A stretch of 64,000 nt of DNA, taken from assembly GCA_002269645.1 (NCBI GenBank), contig NIVC01002448.1, positions 1-64,000 of the forward strand, in the 5' to 3' direction. This document shows positions 13,020 to 25,320 of the stretch, in pieces; position 1 is the first letter of the stretch; every line of letters begins with the position of its first letter. A model generated the notes under the pieces. It saw only the letters and a program-made list of their open reading frames with translations, was not told the DNA's origin and ran no database searches. This DNA comes from Macrostomum lignano. Lineage: Eukaryota. A program made the translations under genes and the position numbers.

Positions 13020-14330
13020 GACGGGAGCAGCTTGTCCGCTGCCTGGCATCGGCCCATCCAATTACCCTAAATTTCATTTGCAACGAATCTGATTCAAGGA
13101 CCCCCTGGTGCTTGAGTCTGCTTTCATTAATTGAGCAACAATGGATCCCAAATCGATTATTTTCAGTCTAAATGCTACGGAAATAAATTAATGGCGCTTG
13201 ATAGGAGGTTGAAGTGCAATTAGAGTAAATAGCGTTGGCATTTAAGATCAACAATGCGCTGTATTATTAGCAACCGATCCAATCAGCTGAAGTGGAAATT
13301 CTAAAGGCTTTTAAAATAATTGGCGGGCTGAAAGCTTAAATATTAGCTACCTCAAAATTATCCCAGCCATGAAATACATTTTCGACTCAAGTCAATTTAT
13401 AAGTCGACTCTAATCCTTGGTTCGCTAAAAGTTCGTCACGAATCTACGAAAAACGACGTCATACGTCATCATAAAGTCGCGCCGCCGTCGGATTGCTGTT
13501 CGGGATCCATGTTCTAGACGTGCTGATGAACGCTGCTTGAAGTTAAATTCTCTCCGTTTTGTGATTTCTCTGAGCAATGCAATCAAATCTGCAAAAATAA
13601 AGCCGTTAACCGATCAGGCGGCCGACGTCATGCATGACAGCTACAGCCTACAGCCTACAGCCTACAGTTTTGAGTTTCATTGCTTTTTTGCAGACCCGAA
13701 CAAGTTCGTACCTGGCAACGAGTCCTATCTCAAACTGAATGCGTTTCGGATCAGCTACCGGTCTGCCAGCGGCTTCAGCCTGGCTACTTGCATCTACCTG
13801 TGCACCGGGGACTGCCAGGCCGTGCCATTCTCCCAGCAGCTGCACCTGTGCTACTTCATGGACGTGCCCGCCATTCCATCTGCTCTGCTGAGCATTCAGG
13901 GCCTGCAGTTCTACGTTCGCGGCTGAGCAAGACCGCTCGCATAGTTCCACAAAAAAGTTCATTTGCATCGCCCTGCTGCACTACTGCATGGTTAAGATTT
14001 AACCCCCGTGATCCAGTTAATTTTATTTACACAATTTAGCTAGGCAATTCGGCCTGTATCACTATTGTGATAGCCAGTCAAATTACCAACATGCATTCAG
14101 CTTGTTGGTTAATAAAATTTGAAAAAGCATATGAATATAACGTCGATATTTTACGTAACATACACGTTGTACATCACGCGCATTGTACATGTACGCTCGT
14201 AGCTTCCACAAGGGGTTCGGCCAAAACGCTCCGACAAAAATTGCGGCAGCGGCACTATCAAAATAACGCTCCTTCAGAAACCAACGACAGGAGCTTAATG
14301 CATTTTTTGCCGCCTCTTAGACGTGGTATC
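13020..14330 (+). repeat. Diverged segmental duplicate of ~80-1920 lacking the WSC exon
   Basis: 13020-13420 resembles 80-430. 13450-13926 resembles 1085-1533. 14040-14330 resembles 1640-1920. The equivalent of ~431-1085 is absent. Confidence 0.85.
13694..13926 (+). pseudogene. Orphan copy of the PAN/apple-like terminal exon (or alternative terminal exon)
   Basis: Intact acceptor TTTTTTGCAG. 229/233 nt identical to 1301-1533 with the same stop. No first exon found nearby. Confidence 0.6.
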
Positions 14331-15640
14331 CACGGGCCTAGAAAAAATAGGGGTTGGTCACGAGACAGCTTGGGGCGCCCGCAATCGGAGACAGAAGCCA
14401 ACCCAAGGGCGCCTAAAAAGAGACAAAAGCACTCAACAATTGAGACTTAAGGACATCCACGAAGAGACAAGAGCACTAGAGATAGAGGCCTGCACCCTGT
14501 TGCAGCCTCAAGCGACGGTTGCGCCGTTGCATGGCGACTCAATCCATGCAACATAATTTTGTGCCGAGTTTTATTGCCAACAGCCGCTGCAAGAAGGTGT
14601 TGCTGCTGATGCTACCATTCGAAGGCAGCAGGCATGCACACGATGTTAGGTCGCGACTGGCGGGGTCTGCCTGCTGTCTGACGCCGGCGCACTATAGCTG
14701 CATTCGTTTGGCCGCGTTACACCTGTATGTTCACAACCAGGCTCTGAGACGCGCTCTGTGACAGGTTGTGTCACAACACTACTGGGCGCAGTGTAAGGTG
14801 ACAAGACCATTGGGGTACCACGCGCCTTTCTAACTAAACAACAACAACCCGGCCGACAGCCAAAAATACCATTAAATATACTATATAAGCAGTTCACAAA
14901 AAACACATCACACGAACCACTATATGCTGACTGTGCAGAGTGATTGGTAACTATACTCGATAACAATTGTAATTTCTGTATCTATACGTTTCACAAAATC
15001 CATTAACCATGTGCGAAAATTTTCATGTGCGTTACGTAGTTGCAACCTGCTGGTAGGGAAACTCCTTAATCGGCAATATCTTCTTGCTACTTTACGAAGC
15101 AGCATTACATTCGAAAACCCAACCATGACCGCAGCTACTTTCTTTTTATACCTAAAAACACGGCTTCTGCCGCTGGAGATCCCTACCGATATAAACTTTG
15201 TTTTAACTTGTCAAAACTTCGCAGAAATGTCGCGCCGATTCAAGCACACGATAATTATCGGTTGACATTAATTGTCACAAATAATTGGTAAACATGCATT
15301 TTGGTAAACTCATTTCAGAATTCAGATTCGATTCTGACGATTCATTTCGATTTTAATGACCAAGGTTGCAATTTCATTTGCATGAAAAACCTGTCATGTC
15401 TCGAAGCAATATGCGGCTAAGTCCCAAGGTTTGTCATTGTCAATAAGACTAGGGACAACAGATGCCAGATGGAAGGAATCCCCTAGCCCTTAACATCTGC
15501 CACACCCACAGCCACTACCATCTGATTCTCTCCTCTGCAACGGTCTGCGCTGCGTCCTAATTATATACTCGTACTGTCGAATACCTGCTACAATTATGTA
15601 GTAACATTCAATGATCGCAGCTATGCAGTAGACGGTGCGG

Positions 15641-15940
15641 CGGTAATGGCTAGAGTTCCGGCACCGGAACCCGTTTTCTAACAGCTAGGGATCCGGCAGT
15701 GCCGTATAGAAGCATATAAAGACTGCTAAGAACATATCTTAAGAAGTCTGAATATTAGAAGCATCTCGTCCCGAATCTTATCATATCGTCTTAAATTTTA
15801 ATCTAGAGCAAAATCTCAATATCAGGTATCAGCCACCTGTAGAAAGAAAAATATAATGTTCCATCTATATTATAATGGCACTGCAGGATCTGTAGCCATT
15901 AGAAAATGGGTTCCGGTGCCAGAACTCTAGCCATTGCCCG
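15641..15940. mobile_element. MITE-like element with ~68-bp imperfect terminal inverted repeats
   Basis: 15641-15708 vs 15872-15940 (TAATGGCTAGAGTTCCGGCACCGGAACCCGTTTTCTAA and its complement). Confidence 0.65.
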
Positions 15941-16039
15941 GTGCGGCTGTGGCATCTAGCACCCGCTGCTTTAATTCATTTGTAGACAATGTAGACAAAT
16001 AGCCTATTTAGACATATTTTAGGCAATCCTCTAGTTTTG

Positions 16040-17960
16040 CACATTTAATTATTTTTTTATAGTTTTAATAAAATTTGAAGGAAGTTTTAACGAAGTTTTA
16101 ACAAGTTTAGCACTCTTAAAAAGTTTGCTAAGTGGATTGTAAGTAAAGGGGGGCTAAGCTTAAGCTTAAAAGTAAGCTTATAAAAGGTTATGGTTATAGG
16201 GTTAGGGTTTAGGGCTAGTGATTAGCAAGTTTGTTTCACCATGTTCATTTGGACTAGACTAGGCATCATAGTAGTGCACCACCTAGAAAAGTAGGCCTAT
16301 ATTGCCCAGGCCAAAGACCCCAAAGTGTTGTGCGAGTGGCAACAGTGCCATAGAAACTCATCTAGGTAGGTGTCAAACAGCCTTTTGGATGTGCATGCAG
16401 AAGTTTAAATATTTATTCACAACTAAAGACAGTTTTTTATAAAATAATTAAGCATATAAAATTAGAAGAGTGCTATATTATATTCATTGGCGTTGCTAGG
16501 CTGGTTTCAATTCCAACCTACTTTAACAACTGTTGACAAATGAATTTTTGGCAAAAGTCAATAAGGGCAAAAACTATTTTTGCAGTCACCATTAGCCTAA
16601 AGCAAGCCATTTTGGTGAACAATTTATTAAGAATTAAAAAATTGAAAAATGGAAGTTCTTGCTTAAACAGTCAATGTTATATAAAGTGTAAATGTAAAGG
16701 CAATATAATAAAGTATATTTCTTTTAGTTATAGGTCCTAACCAATTATTTTATATTTAAAAAGCTTGTATACTTCAAATTTTAATAAAATTCAAAATTTT
16801 TATTTTCAACAAGCCAGGTCTTGCCTTAGCTTTGTTAGTTTGGTCATACTCAACTCATAGTTTGAAAACTTAGTTTAATATACTATTAATTCATAATGAC
16901 TTGCTTATAAAAGTGACTTATCTAAATGTCTTATTACCAAAATGACTTACCAAACTAATATAAAAAATAAGTTATAAATATATTTTTTCCTTTTAACTTT
17001 AAGTTTAATCAAGCCAAAGCCAGAGGTTAAGGTTAGCAAAATTATATAACTTTTTTCTCTATAAATATAATTATTTAATTGAATAAACCAAAATATTTTA
17101 TCATAAAAGGCCTACTTCTTTTTTACTCATAAAATATTAAAAAATTTAAGATTATTTTTAGCCTTAGGTCTAATCTTTTATGGTATATATAATATATATT
17201 CTTTGTCATAGCATTAGACCATATCATTATTTAACTAAGTGATCTATTATTAGTATTAATATTATTTTTTACAGTAGTAAGAGAATTTGGCTCAGGCAAT
17301 TAGCCTGTTTGGCCAATATATTATAGAGCTATGTATTTTATTATAGAGCTATGTATTATCTAAGACCTTTTTAAATTATTGAATAATATGCTAGAAAATC
17401 ATATTCTTTTAATTTAATTTCCTAGTCTTTACATAGACTTTTTAAAAGCAAAGGGCTATATATGCCTTGTTACAATTTAGGTGAAATTGTTATAGAAGCA
17501 ATAAGAGGCATCACTGCTCATTCTGCCACCCTCTCCCCTAAATAGAGATGGAAGTGCATGGAAATATACATAGTCATATGCACAGGCATACAGGACTGTA
17601 CAGTAGCCCTAACTTTATCATTAGACATACTCTTCACTATGCCTTGGGGTAATTCCATTAACAGACCCAAGCTAAGATTCAAATTTGAGAGTGCTGCCCT
17701 AGAGCACTATGCTATAGCCATCCAAGGCCTGGGCTTTGAATTTATAATAAACTAGATAGCTAAACTAGGTGTTAAAGGCCAGAGGCATCTGCCATCAATA
17801 TTCCTTATGTAAAAGAATACCTTTGCAGACATACCAATACAGTGTATTATTGGAAATGCTTTTGTCCTTACTGTCTCCAATCATTTAGATAATAGTCATT
17901 GATTTGCCAGGAAGATTCCTCTGACAAAATGTTTTTCTAGTTACTATTGAAATTCTAAAG
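16040..17960 (-). mobile_element. Heavily decayed, CpG-depleted element, possibly Merlin/IS1595-type DNA transposon
   Basis: Minus-strand translation near 16330-16395 gives TSKRLFDTYLDEFLW, resembling the C-terminal YLDEF.WR motif of ISXO2-like/Merlin transposases. The rest is riddled with stops. No CpG from 16493 to 17980. Confidence 0.35.
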
Positions 17961-18191
17961 AAAATGATGAGAAATACTCTCGCATCGCTACTGACATCAG
18001 TAGTTAAATGAATTTTTTAGTGTGGCATTTTTTACTGAATCCTCCTGGCCTTCCAATTGGTTGCCAGTCAGTGCGGGGGTGGGCTGAGTGCGAACCCTCT
18101 TACTTATTGAGCCAGCACGGGCATTGCTGACCGGAGTCCAGCTCCTCCACCGCCGCCACATCTCGCACCTCAGCCAAGCACAACCAGCCAG

Positions 18192-21100
18192 ATGTCGTCA
18201 TTCACCGTGCCAGACGGCCTGACCGAGCTGCTCCAGGACTTCACCGTGGCGGTGCTGCGGGCCCAGCCGGCCAATCTGGTCCAGTTCGCCTCCGCCTACT
18301 TCCAGCGGCTCGACCTCGGTCAGTCCTCTGAGGCCGCCGGCCCAGCCGCCGCTGCCGTCGCCTCCTCCGACTCCGCCGAGCGCCAACTGCGCCGCGAGGA
18401 CTCCGGCGCTGAAATTGACGACGACGACGATCTGGCCGCCCTGCCCGACTCGGCCGCCGCTGCCCGCGTCTGCGGCGCCTGCAGCCGGCGCCGGGTGAGC
18501 GTGGCGGCGCCCTCCTTCGACCCGGAGAAGCACGAGGCCACCTACCAGCGCCGGGTGGTGCCGAAGTCCGACGAGCAGCGGCGCCGGCTCATGGAGACCG
18601 TCAAGCACATTCTGCTGTTCCGCAGCCTGGACCGAATCGGCCTGGGTCACGTGATCGACGCCATGGAGGAGAAGCCGGTGACGGCCGGCGAGGTCATCAT
18701 CGAGCAAGACGGCGAGGGCGACAATTTCTATGTGATCGAGCGCGGCGTGTTTGAGGCTTTTGTGAGGGACAAGGCGAGCTCCGAGAGCCGGCATGTGCTC
18801 ACCTACAATCACGAGGGCTCCTTTGGCGAGCTGGCGCTCATGTACTACTGCCCCAGGGCTGCCACGGTCATCGCCAAGACTGACGGCGTGCTCTGGTCGC
18901 TGGACATGGAGACCTTCCAGCAGAAGGTGGGGCTCGCTTGGCTGACTCGGGTAGCGACTTGGTAGAAGTGGGAGAATTAAGGCTAATAAACAGGTAGGCA
19001 GATAGGTAGACAGACAGTCACGCAGACAAGCCAGACAGGTAGGCAGCCAGACAGGTAGACAAGCCAGACAGGTAGACAAGCCAGACAGGTAGACAGTCAG
19101 ACAGGTAGGCAACCAGACAGGTAGACAAGCCAGACAGGTAGGCAGCCAGACAGGTAGGCAGCCAGACAGGTAGGCAGCCAAACAGGTAGACAAGCCAGAC
19201 AGGTAGACAAGCCAGACAGGTAGGCAGCCAGACAGGTAGACAAGCCAGACAGGTAGGCAGCCAGACAGGTAGGCAGCCAGACAAGTAGGCAACCAGACAG
19301 GTAGACAAGCCAGACAGGAAGACAAGCCAGACAGGTAGGCAGCCAAACAGGTAGACAAGCCAGACAGGTAGACAAGCCAGACAGGTAGGCAGCCAGACAG
19401 GTAGACTGACGGCAGGCTGACGGCAAGAGAAGCAATACAAGTTGCTGAGAAATATATTTTCACTCCTAATACCTCCGATTGCTTCATTACAATCGCTCCG
19501 AGTCATCTCACGAGCAGCTTAGTGGCTGGATGCACTGGGATTTCTCTCCCTACTCACATTGAGCAGCTCAATTGAGTCTGTGCGCACCGCTGCATCCGCC
19601 TCCGCTGCCCCACTCAACACGGGAGCAGATTGCTGCATAATGGGATTAAAAATACTAGATTGACTATTTGCTTTTGTCCGCATCTTTCATTGTTGTGTTG
19701 CTGGGAGTGGCTTATTTAGATAAGCTGGGAGATGTAGATGATGAGTGCAGCTGAGCACTCCACTCTCTCTGCAAGCTGAAATAGTTTAAAGAATAAAAGT
19801 ACACGGGTCCGCCCGGCCTCCCAACTGTCGCAGGTGCTCATGGCCGCCTTCAAGCACCGCAAGAAGTACGAGGCCTTCCTGTCCTCGGTGCACCTGCTGG
19901 CCGAGCTCACCCAGTACGAGCGGCAGAATGTGGCGGACGCGCTGAAGGAGCGGGAGTTCTCGGATGGCGAGCCCATCCTGCACCAGGGCGAGATCGGCAA
20001 CGAGATGTTCTTTGTGGAGGAGGGCGAGGTCAAGGTGATGCGGCGCAACTCCGACAATGGCCTGGAGATGCAGGTGAGGCTGGGATGGAGATCAGATGAG
20101 GCTGGGATGGAGATGCAGGTGAGGCTGGGATGGAGATGCAGATGAGGCTGGGATGGAGATGCAGATGAGGCTGGGATGGAGATGCAGGTGAAGCTGGGAT
20201 GCAGATGCAGGTAAAGCTGGGATTCAGATGCAGGTAAGGCTGGGATGCAGATGCAGGTAAGGCTGGGATGCAGATGCAGGTAAGGCTGGGATGCAGATGC
20301 AGGTGAGGCTGGGATGCAGATGCAGGTAAAGCTGGGATGGAGATGCAGGTGAGGCTGGGATGGAGATCAGGTGAGGCTGGGATGGAGATGCAGGTGAGGC
20401 TGGGATGCAGATGCAGGTAAGGCTGGGACGGAGATGCAGGTAAAGCTGGGATGCAGGTGAGGCTGGGATGCAGATGCAGGTAAAGCTGGGATGCAGATGC
20501 AGATGAGGCTGGGATGGAGATGCAGGTGAAGCTGGGATGCAGATGCAGGTAAAGCTGGGATTCAGATGCAGGTGAGGCTGGCATGCAGATGCAGGTAAGG
20601 CTGGGATGGAGATGCTGATGCAGGTAAAGCTGGGATGCAGATGCAGGTAAAGCTGGGATGGAGATGCAGGTGAGGCTGGGATGCAGATGCAGGTAAAGCT
20701 GGGATGCAGATGCAGGTAAAGCTGGGATGCAGATGCAGGTGAGGCTGGGATGGAGATGCAGATAAGGCTGAGATGAAGACGCAGGTGAGGCTGAGGGTGG
20801 TAATTGGGTCTGGATTGGGTTTCCAATTTAATCATGCTCAAAAGCAATTAGTGGCAGGGTTTTTCTCTGTCTGGGATTTCGGCATTGGCACACAGATACA
20901 CACATTTTGACACCTGCAATCAGAGGCCAGGAGGGGTAAGCATAGCTGGCCTGATTTGCAAACCGACACCTCGCTGCCACCCGCAGGTGAACCTGCTCGG
21001 CAAAGGCGATTATTTTGGCGAGCTGGCGCTCATCACCAAGGAGCCGCGCGCCGCCAGCTGCTACGCGGTTGGCCACACGAAGGTCTGCGTGCTGCACGTG

Positions 21101-21232
21101 TCCGACTTTGAGCGCCTGCTCGGACCCTGCGTGGAGGTGATGCAGCGGAACATTGACGCCTACAAGAAGCAGCTGAGCGACATCTTTGGCGACGAGGCTG
21201 GCAAAGCCGCCCTGGCCAGGGCTGCCGTGTAG
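18192..21232 (+). CDS. PRKAR2: cAMP-dependent protein kinase type II regulatory subunit (3 exons, 406 aa)
   Basis: Exons 18192-18926, 19834-20073 and 20987-21232, all phase 0 with GT-AG boundaries. RII D/D domain [18 protein letters not shown]. Inhibitor site RRRVSV. Two cAMP cassettes [16 protein letters not shown] and [16 protein letters not shown]. Confidence 0.95.
18990..19405 (+). repeat. Intronic minisatellite, 16-17-bp unit GCCAGACAGGTAG(GCA/ACAA)
   Basis: Visible periodicity in PKA-R intron 1. Confidence 0.9.
20064..20795 (+). repeat. Intronic minisatellite, ~23-bp unit GGAGATGCAGGTGAGGCTGGGAT, ~30 copies
   Basis: The first unit spans the exon 2/intron 2 junction (ATGCAG|GTGAGG at 20073/20074). 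Confidence 0.92.
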
Positions 21233-23713
21233 GCCCGGCATCGGCTGCACCCAGTGACCCCCCTCTGCTACACACATTTGATACGTTATGCATCTGTCCA
21301 CAGGCGTTACCTTAAAATCTCTTATGGCCCTTTTGTCAAGCGTTAGATTATTGGATTTTGTAAATTGATAAACAAATCATAGTTCGAACGTTGCTCTCAT
21401 TGTTCTATCTGTGTTCCCCTTCCCCCAGTCCCAGTCTTATAAACATTCGCTTCATAAATGTAATCCCAGCTTTTGTGAGCGTTTTTTTTGAAACTCCAGT
21501 TTTGCGAGATTAAACCCCCACCTCACCGTGTGCTCACCTTCACCCGTTCTCCAGCTGTTTTGTTCCCTGGGACCGATGCCATGAATGACTGCTTACGTGC
21601 TTTTTCAGTCTTCTAGGAGGATGCATCGCAATATTGTCTATGGCCAATACTTGGCAGACTTGTCCAGACCAGTTGCCTCCACCGCATCTCGGCATCTCTT
21701 TCCATAATGTCCTCTTGTTGAGCTTCGCTTTGGAGTTGTCTGGCAATGAGATTTGCTTGTAGGAAGGCTTGCAAAAACCGAATGGGAAGAAAGCTGACCT
21801 ACCCAGAAGTCCATCATGAAATCAGTCCCTGAAGTGTATAGAGAGCCCACGGGAAGCTTCACTATCATCTTATGCTAGCTTATTTCTATGCTTAACCCAA
21901 CTTAGCCATTGTCTATCGCGAGTGTGCTATTAACCTGTTCAATGTGTTTCTCTTCAACTTTGTGTTTTCATTAATATTTAAATTTGACTCGACCAACTGC
22001 CCTGACTATGGATTCTCTCACTTTTTGTGTTATTATTGTTGTTGTTTACCGACAGACAGCCTGAGCTGTTTGTTGTGTGGTCAGCGTCTTGTGTTCCAGA
22101 GCGTTTACTATCTAAATACATCTGCTAGTGTTTTCAATTTACCAACAAGTTGGCGAGCTTGACTCTGATTTTCTGCTTGACCTCGGACGGCCGAAGGTGC
22201 CAAATTTATTGATTTGTAGCGATTGATAGCTTATGGATATTTCTTAGGGAGGTCTGTTTTAGGGATATTTTTTAGTTATTCGCTTTATTGACAGAATAAC
22301 GATAGGCTGTTTGACTGATGCGCGATGGCTAAACATGAGAGGCTGGGTCCGAAATCTCCTCCTTTGTCTGTCTTCTCTGCAACTGTAAGCTGTAATTGCA
22401 GCTCAGCGGAGCTCAAACTCCTACAGGCCTTGTTCAGTTTAGAGTTCTTCGGAGATCGGGGGACTTGGACACAGATCTGCAATTACATTCTCGCCTGAAG
22501 CCTCTGACTCTCCCTATGCTTTCGTGACCGCACAGTTCAAAGCGGCAGGTAAATCAGCAGGTGCAGCAGCGGTAATTAGGGAGTCATTCGAGGCGAAGCA
22601 AGCTGGTTTTAGAATAGGGAAAAAAGAAGATTTTCTTGTGCGCTGCTCTGCATTGTCCGAACCTGCTTCCGTCTGCTTTCTGAGCCTCCTCGAGGGCCTG
22701 CGTGATGGGGAATTAGCTGGGAGCTGCATCTGCGCACCTGGCTGAGATCCGTGACCGAGGGCTCACTGATGCCAAGACTCGGACAGGGGTAGGCTTGGTT
22801 AATTAGCTCAGTGTAGGATACCTGCAAATTCATATCGTGCCCCCGCCAGCTTGCCACAATGCCAATTAATTATTAGTCTGAGTTGACTTCACCGATGTCT
22901 GCACAATTTGATATTATAGGCTTTGCGTTTTTGCCATTTTGTATTGACAGCTCACTTTGTTTTTCTCTGTTTTTCTCCCTCCTAACTTTCCACGGGAATC
23001 CAGCAGTTTCGCTACCCATTCCTTAATTTTTGACAGCGATTTTGTTATTCCCTGTTTTTGCCATTTTTAGTGCGCTTTTTGTAGAAGTTTTTTTTCAGTT
23101 TGTTCTTGCTTTTGTAGCCATCCTCACCCGCGTTTAATCCGCTTTGATCTCACAATTTTCTGCTCTACAGAGCCAACTGTTGCGTGTGTGCTGCTCAATC
23201 TCAACCTGAACTCACTGTTGCCATTGGTTACTGCTGCTGTGATAAGCTGTTGTTTGCCAGCAGATAAATATAAGAGTCCGAGCAAGCGGTGTACCCGCTA
23301 ATAGCTGATATATATATACACAATATATCAATTCAGAGGCCTGTTGTTGGCTTGGCTGCTCATTTCTGTCTCACCTGGACCCGGATGCATTCTCGCTCTA
23401 TTAATAATGCAGAATCACGCCTATATGGGTTGGGCAGTTTCTTCTGATAAGCTTGCGCGGCTTAGCCATTGCTCAGTATCTGTAGCACAGGTGGACTGCA
23501 TGCGGGCATCTGCGAGCACAGGCAGGCTCTGAATCTTTTTCTCTCTCTGACTGGCTCCCTGCGCAATTCGCTGCAGTGTCCTGCGTCAAGCAGCGACAGA
23601 CGCTCTCCTTTTTGAGTCAGCGATTGTCGTAAACATGAGCTTGCCCAAATACACTGGCACATATCGAGTGGAATGGCGTGTGTTTAGCAGTCTGCTTTAT
23701 GTGATTCCACAGC

Positions 23714-24450
23714 ACCCTATATTCAGTAATTCTATATATAACCCCGTATTGAGTGATTTCATAACACCCTATATTGAGTGATTCCATAACACCCTATATT
23801 GAGTGATTCCATAACACCCTATATTGAGTGATTCCATAACACCCTATATTGAGTGATTCCATAACACCCTATATTGAGTGATTCCATAAAACCCTATATT
23901 GAGTGATTCATAACACCCTATATTGAGTGATTCCATAACACCCTATATTGAGTGATTTCATAACATTCCATATTGTGTGATTCCATAACACCCTATATTG
24001 AGTGATTCCATAACACCCCATATTAAGTGATTCCATAACACCCTATATTGAGTGATTCCATAACACCCCATATTAAGTGATTCCATAACACCCTATATTG
24101 AGTGATTCCATAACACCCTAGATTGAGTGATTCCATAACATTCCATATTGAGTGATTTCATAACACCCCATATTAAGTGATTCCATAACATTCCATATTG
24201 AGTGATTCCATAACACCCCATATTAAGTGATTCCATAACACCCTATATTGAGTGATTCAATAACACCCTATATTGAGTGATTTCATAACATTCCATATTG
24301 AGTGATTCCATAAAACCCTATATTGAGTGATTTCATAACATTTCATATTGTGTGATTCCATAACACCCTATATTGAGTGATTCCATAACACCCCATATGA
24401 AGTGATTCCATAACATTCCATATTGAGTGATTCCATAACACACATATTGA
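23714..24450 (+). repeat. Tandem array, 25-bp unit ATAACACCCTATATTGAGTGATTCC, ~29 copies
   Basis: 25-bp period (23761, 23786, ...), no unique spacers. Confidence 0.95.
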
Positions 24451-25029
24451 TTGAGCGTAATTTTTTGAGTATCTTGACGCTCTCCGCCACTAACATTTTA
24501 CAGAATTTATGTTAGCTAGCTTGATATAAAGCGAAATTGACGATTTAGCGCCAATTAAATCTAATAAACACGAGCTTTTTGAATAGAATTTTGAGCCAAT
24601 TTCACCCACGGGCTAAATTACGTGGAGTACCTGCGCAAATACAATTTGCGACGCACATGTACCATGAGCTGTGATCTAATGACAGCCCATTTTTTAATAG
24701 AATTTTGGCCTGACAGAATATAGTACGGTAACAAATATTTTGCTAATTTAATTTAAATTTTCGGCTTCAGTGAAGACTGTTACTCGATATACGCTCGTAA
24801 TACGATTTCTCAATAAAAAATGTGTCTACATAGAAGGACCCTTTGAAGTGTTTTGAGCTAAAATTAATTCTGTATCTTGTGATTAGACTTCTTTGATGTT
24901 ATGTGGGCTGCAACGACGCAAAGAAAATCAGACGAAGAGAGAAGCGATCTAATCAGCTCTTGCGCTGACCAGTTTGTAAAGCAACCGATCGAGGGGCTGG
25001 GGCTGAGCTGAGTCGCAATAGCCTGCAAG

Positions 25030-25320
25030 TCAGTCAATCAGTCAATCAGGGGCGGCATCTTCAGGTTGTCACGTGCGGTTGAATTGAAGACATTTTTGAG
25101 CAGACGGGCCTGAGTCCTCCTGTCGGAGATAATGGTTGTCAGGGCTCAAGCCTTAACACAAGGGAGCCGAGGTGACGGAAGTCGTCACACACTTTGACGG
25201 TTGTTTCCATTCGGCAGAGCCAGCACCGACGAAGTCGCAGTGCCCACGTGGAGCCACACCTCAGTCTTGGACGCCTTCGTGGAGCCTTGAGAGAGCATGT
25301 TGAGCAGCCGGAACGCAGCA
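25030..25320 (-). mobile_element. Truncated non-LTR retrotransposon (RTE/CR1-like) fragment
   Basis: Minus strand reads KASKTEVWL...LPNG then, with a frameshift, VKVCDDFRHLGSLV, like the RT C-terminal KTE..F.YLGS motif. A short (TGAT/TGAC)n tail follows at ~25031-25050. Confidence 0.5.

Noticed and set aside
14644-14965. TGTTA...TAACA-bounded segment resembling a short solo LTR
   Set aside because: No target-site duplication (CACGA vs ATTGT) and no second copy in the window.
16190-16220. TTAGGG-like telomeric repeats
   Set aside because: Only 2-3 imperfect units, not an interstitial telomere tract.
18198-19506. 429-aa and shorter minus-strand ORFs
   Set aside because: Antisense shadow of the GC-rich PKA exon plus the intronic repeat.
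23714-24450. 25-bp repeats resembling a CRISPR array in unit size
   Set aside because: Units are directly adjacent with no unique spacers, there are no cas genes, and the context is eukaryotic. The same holds for 44750-46143 and 58797-59720.
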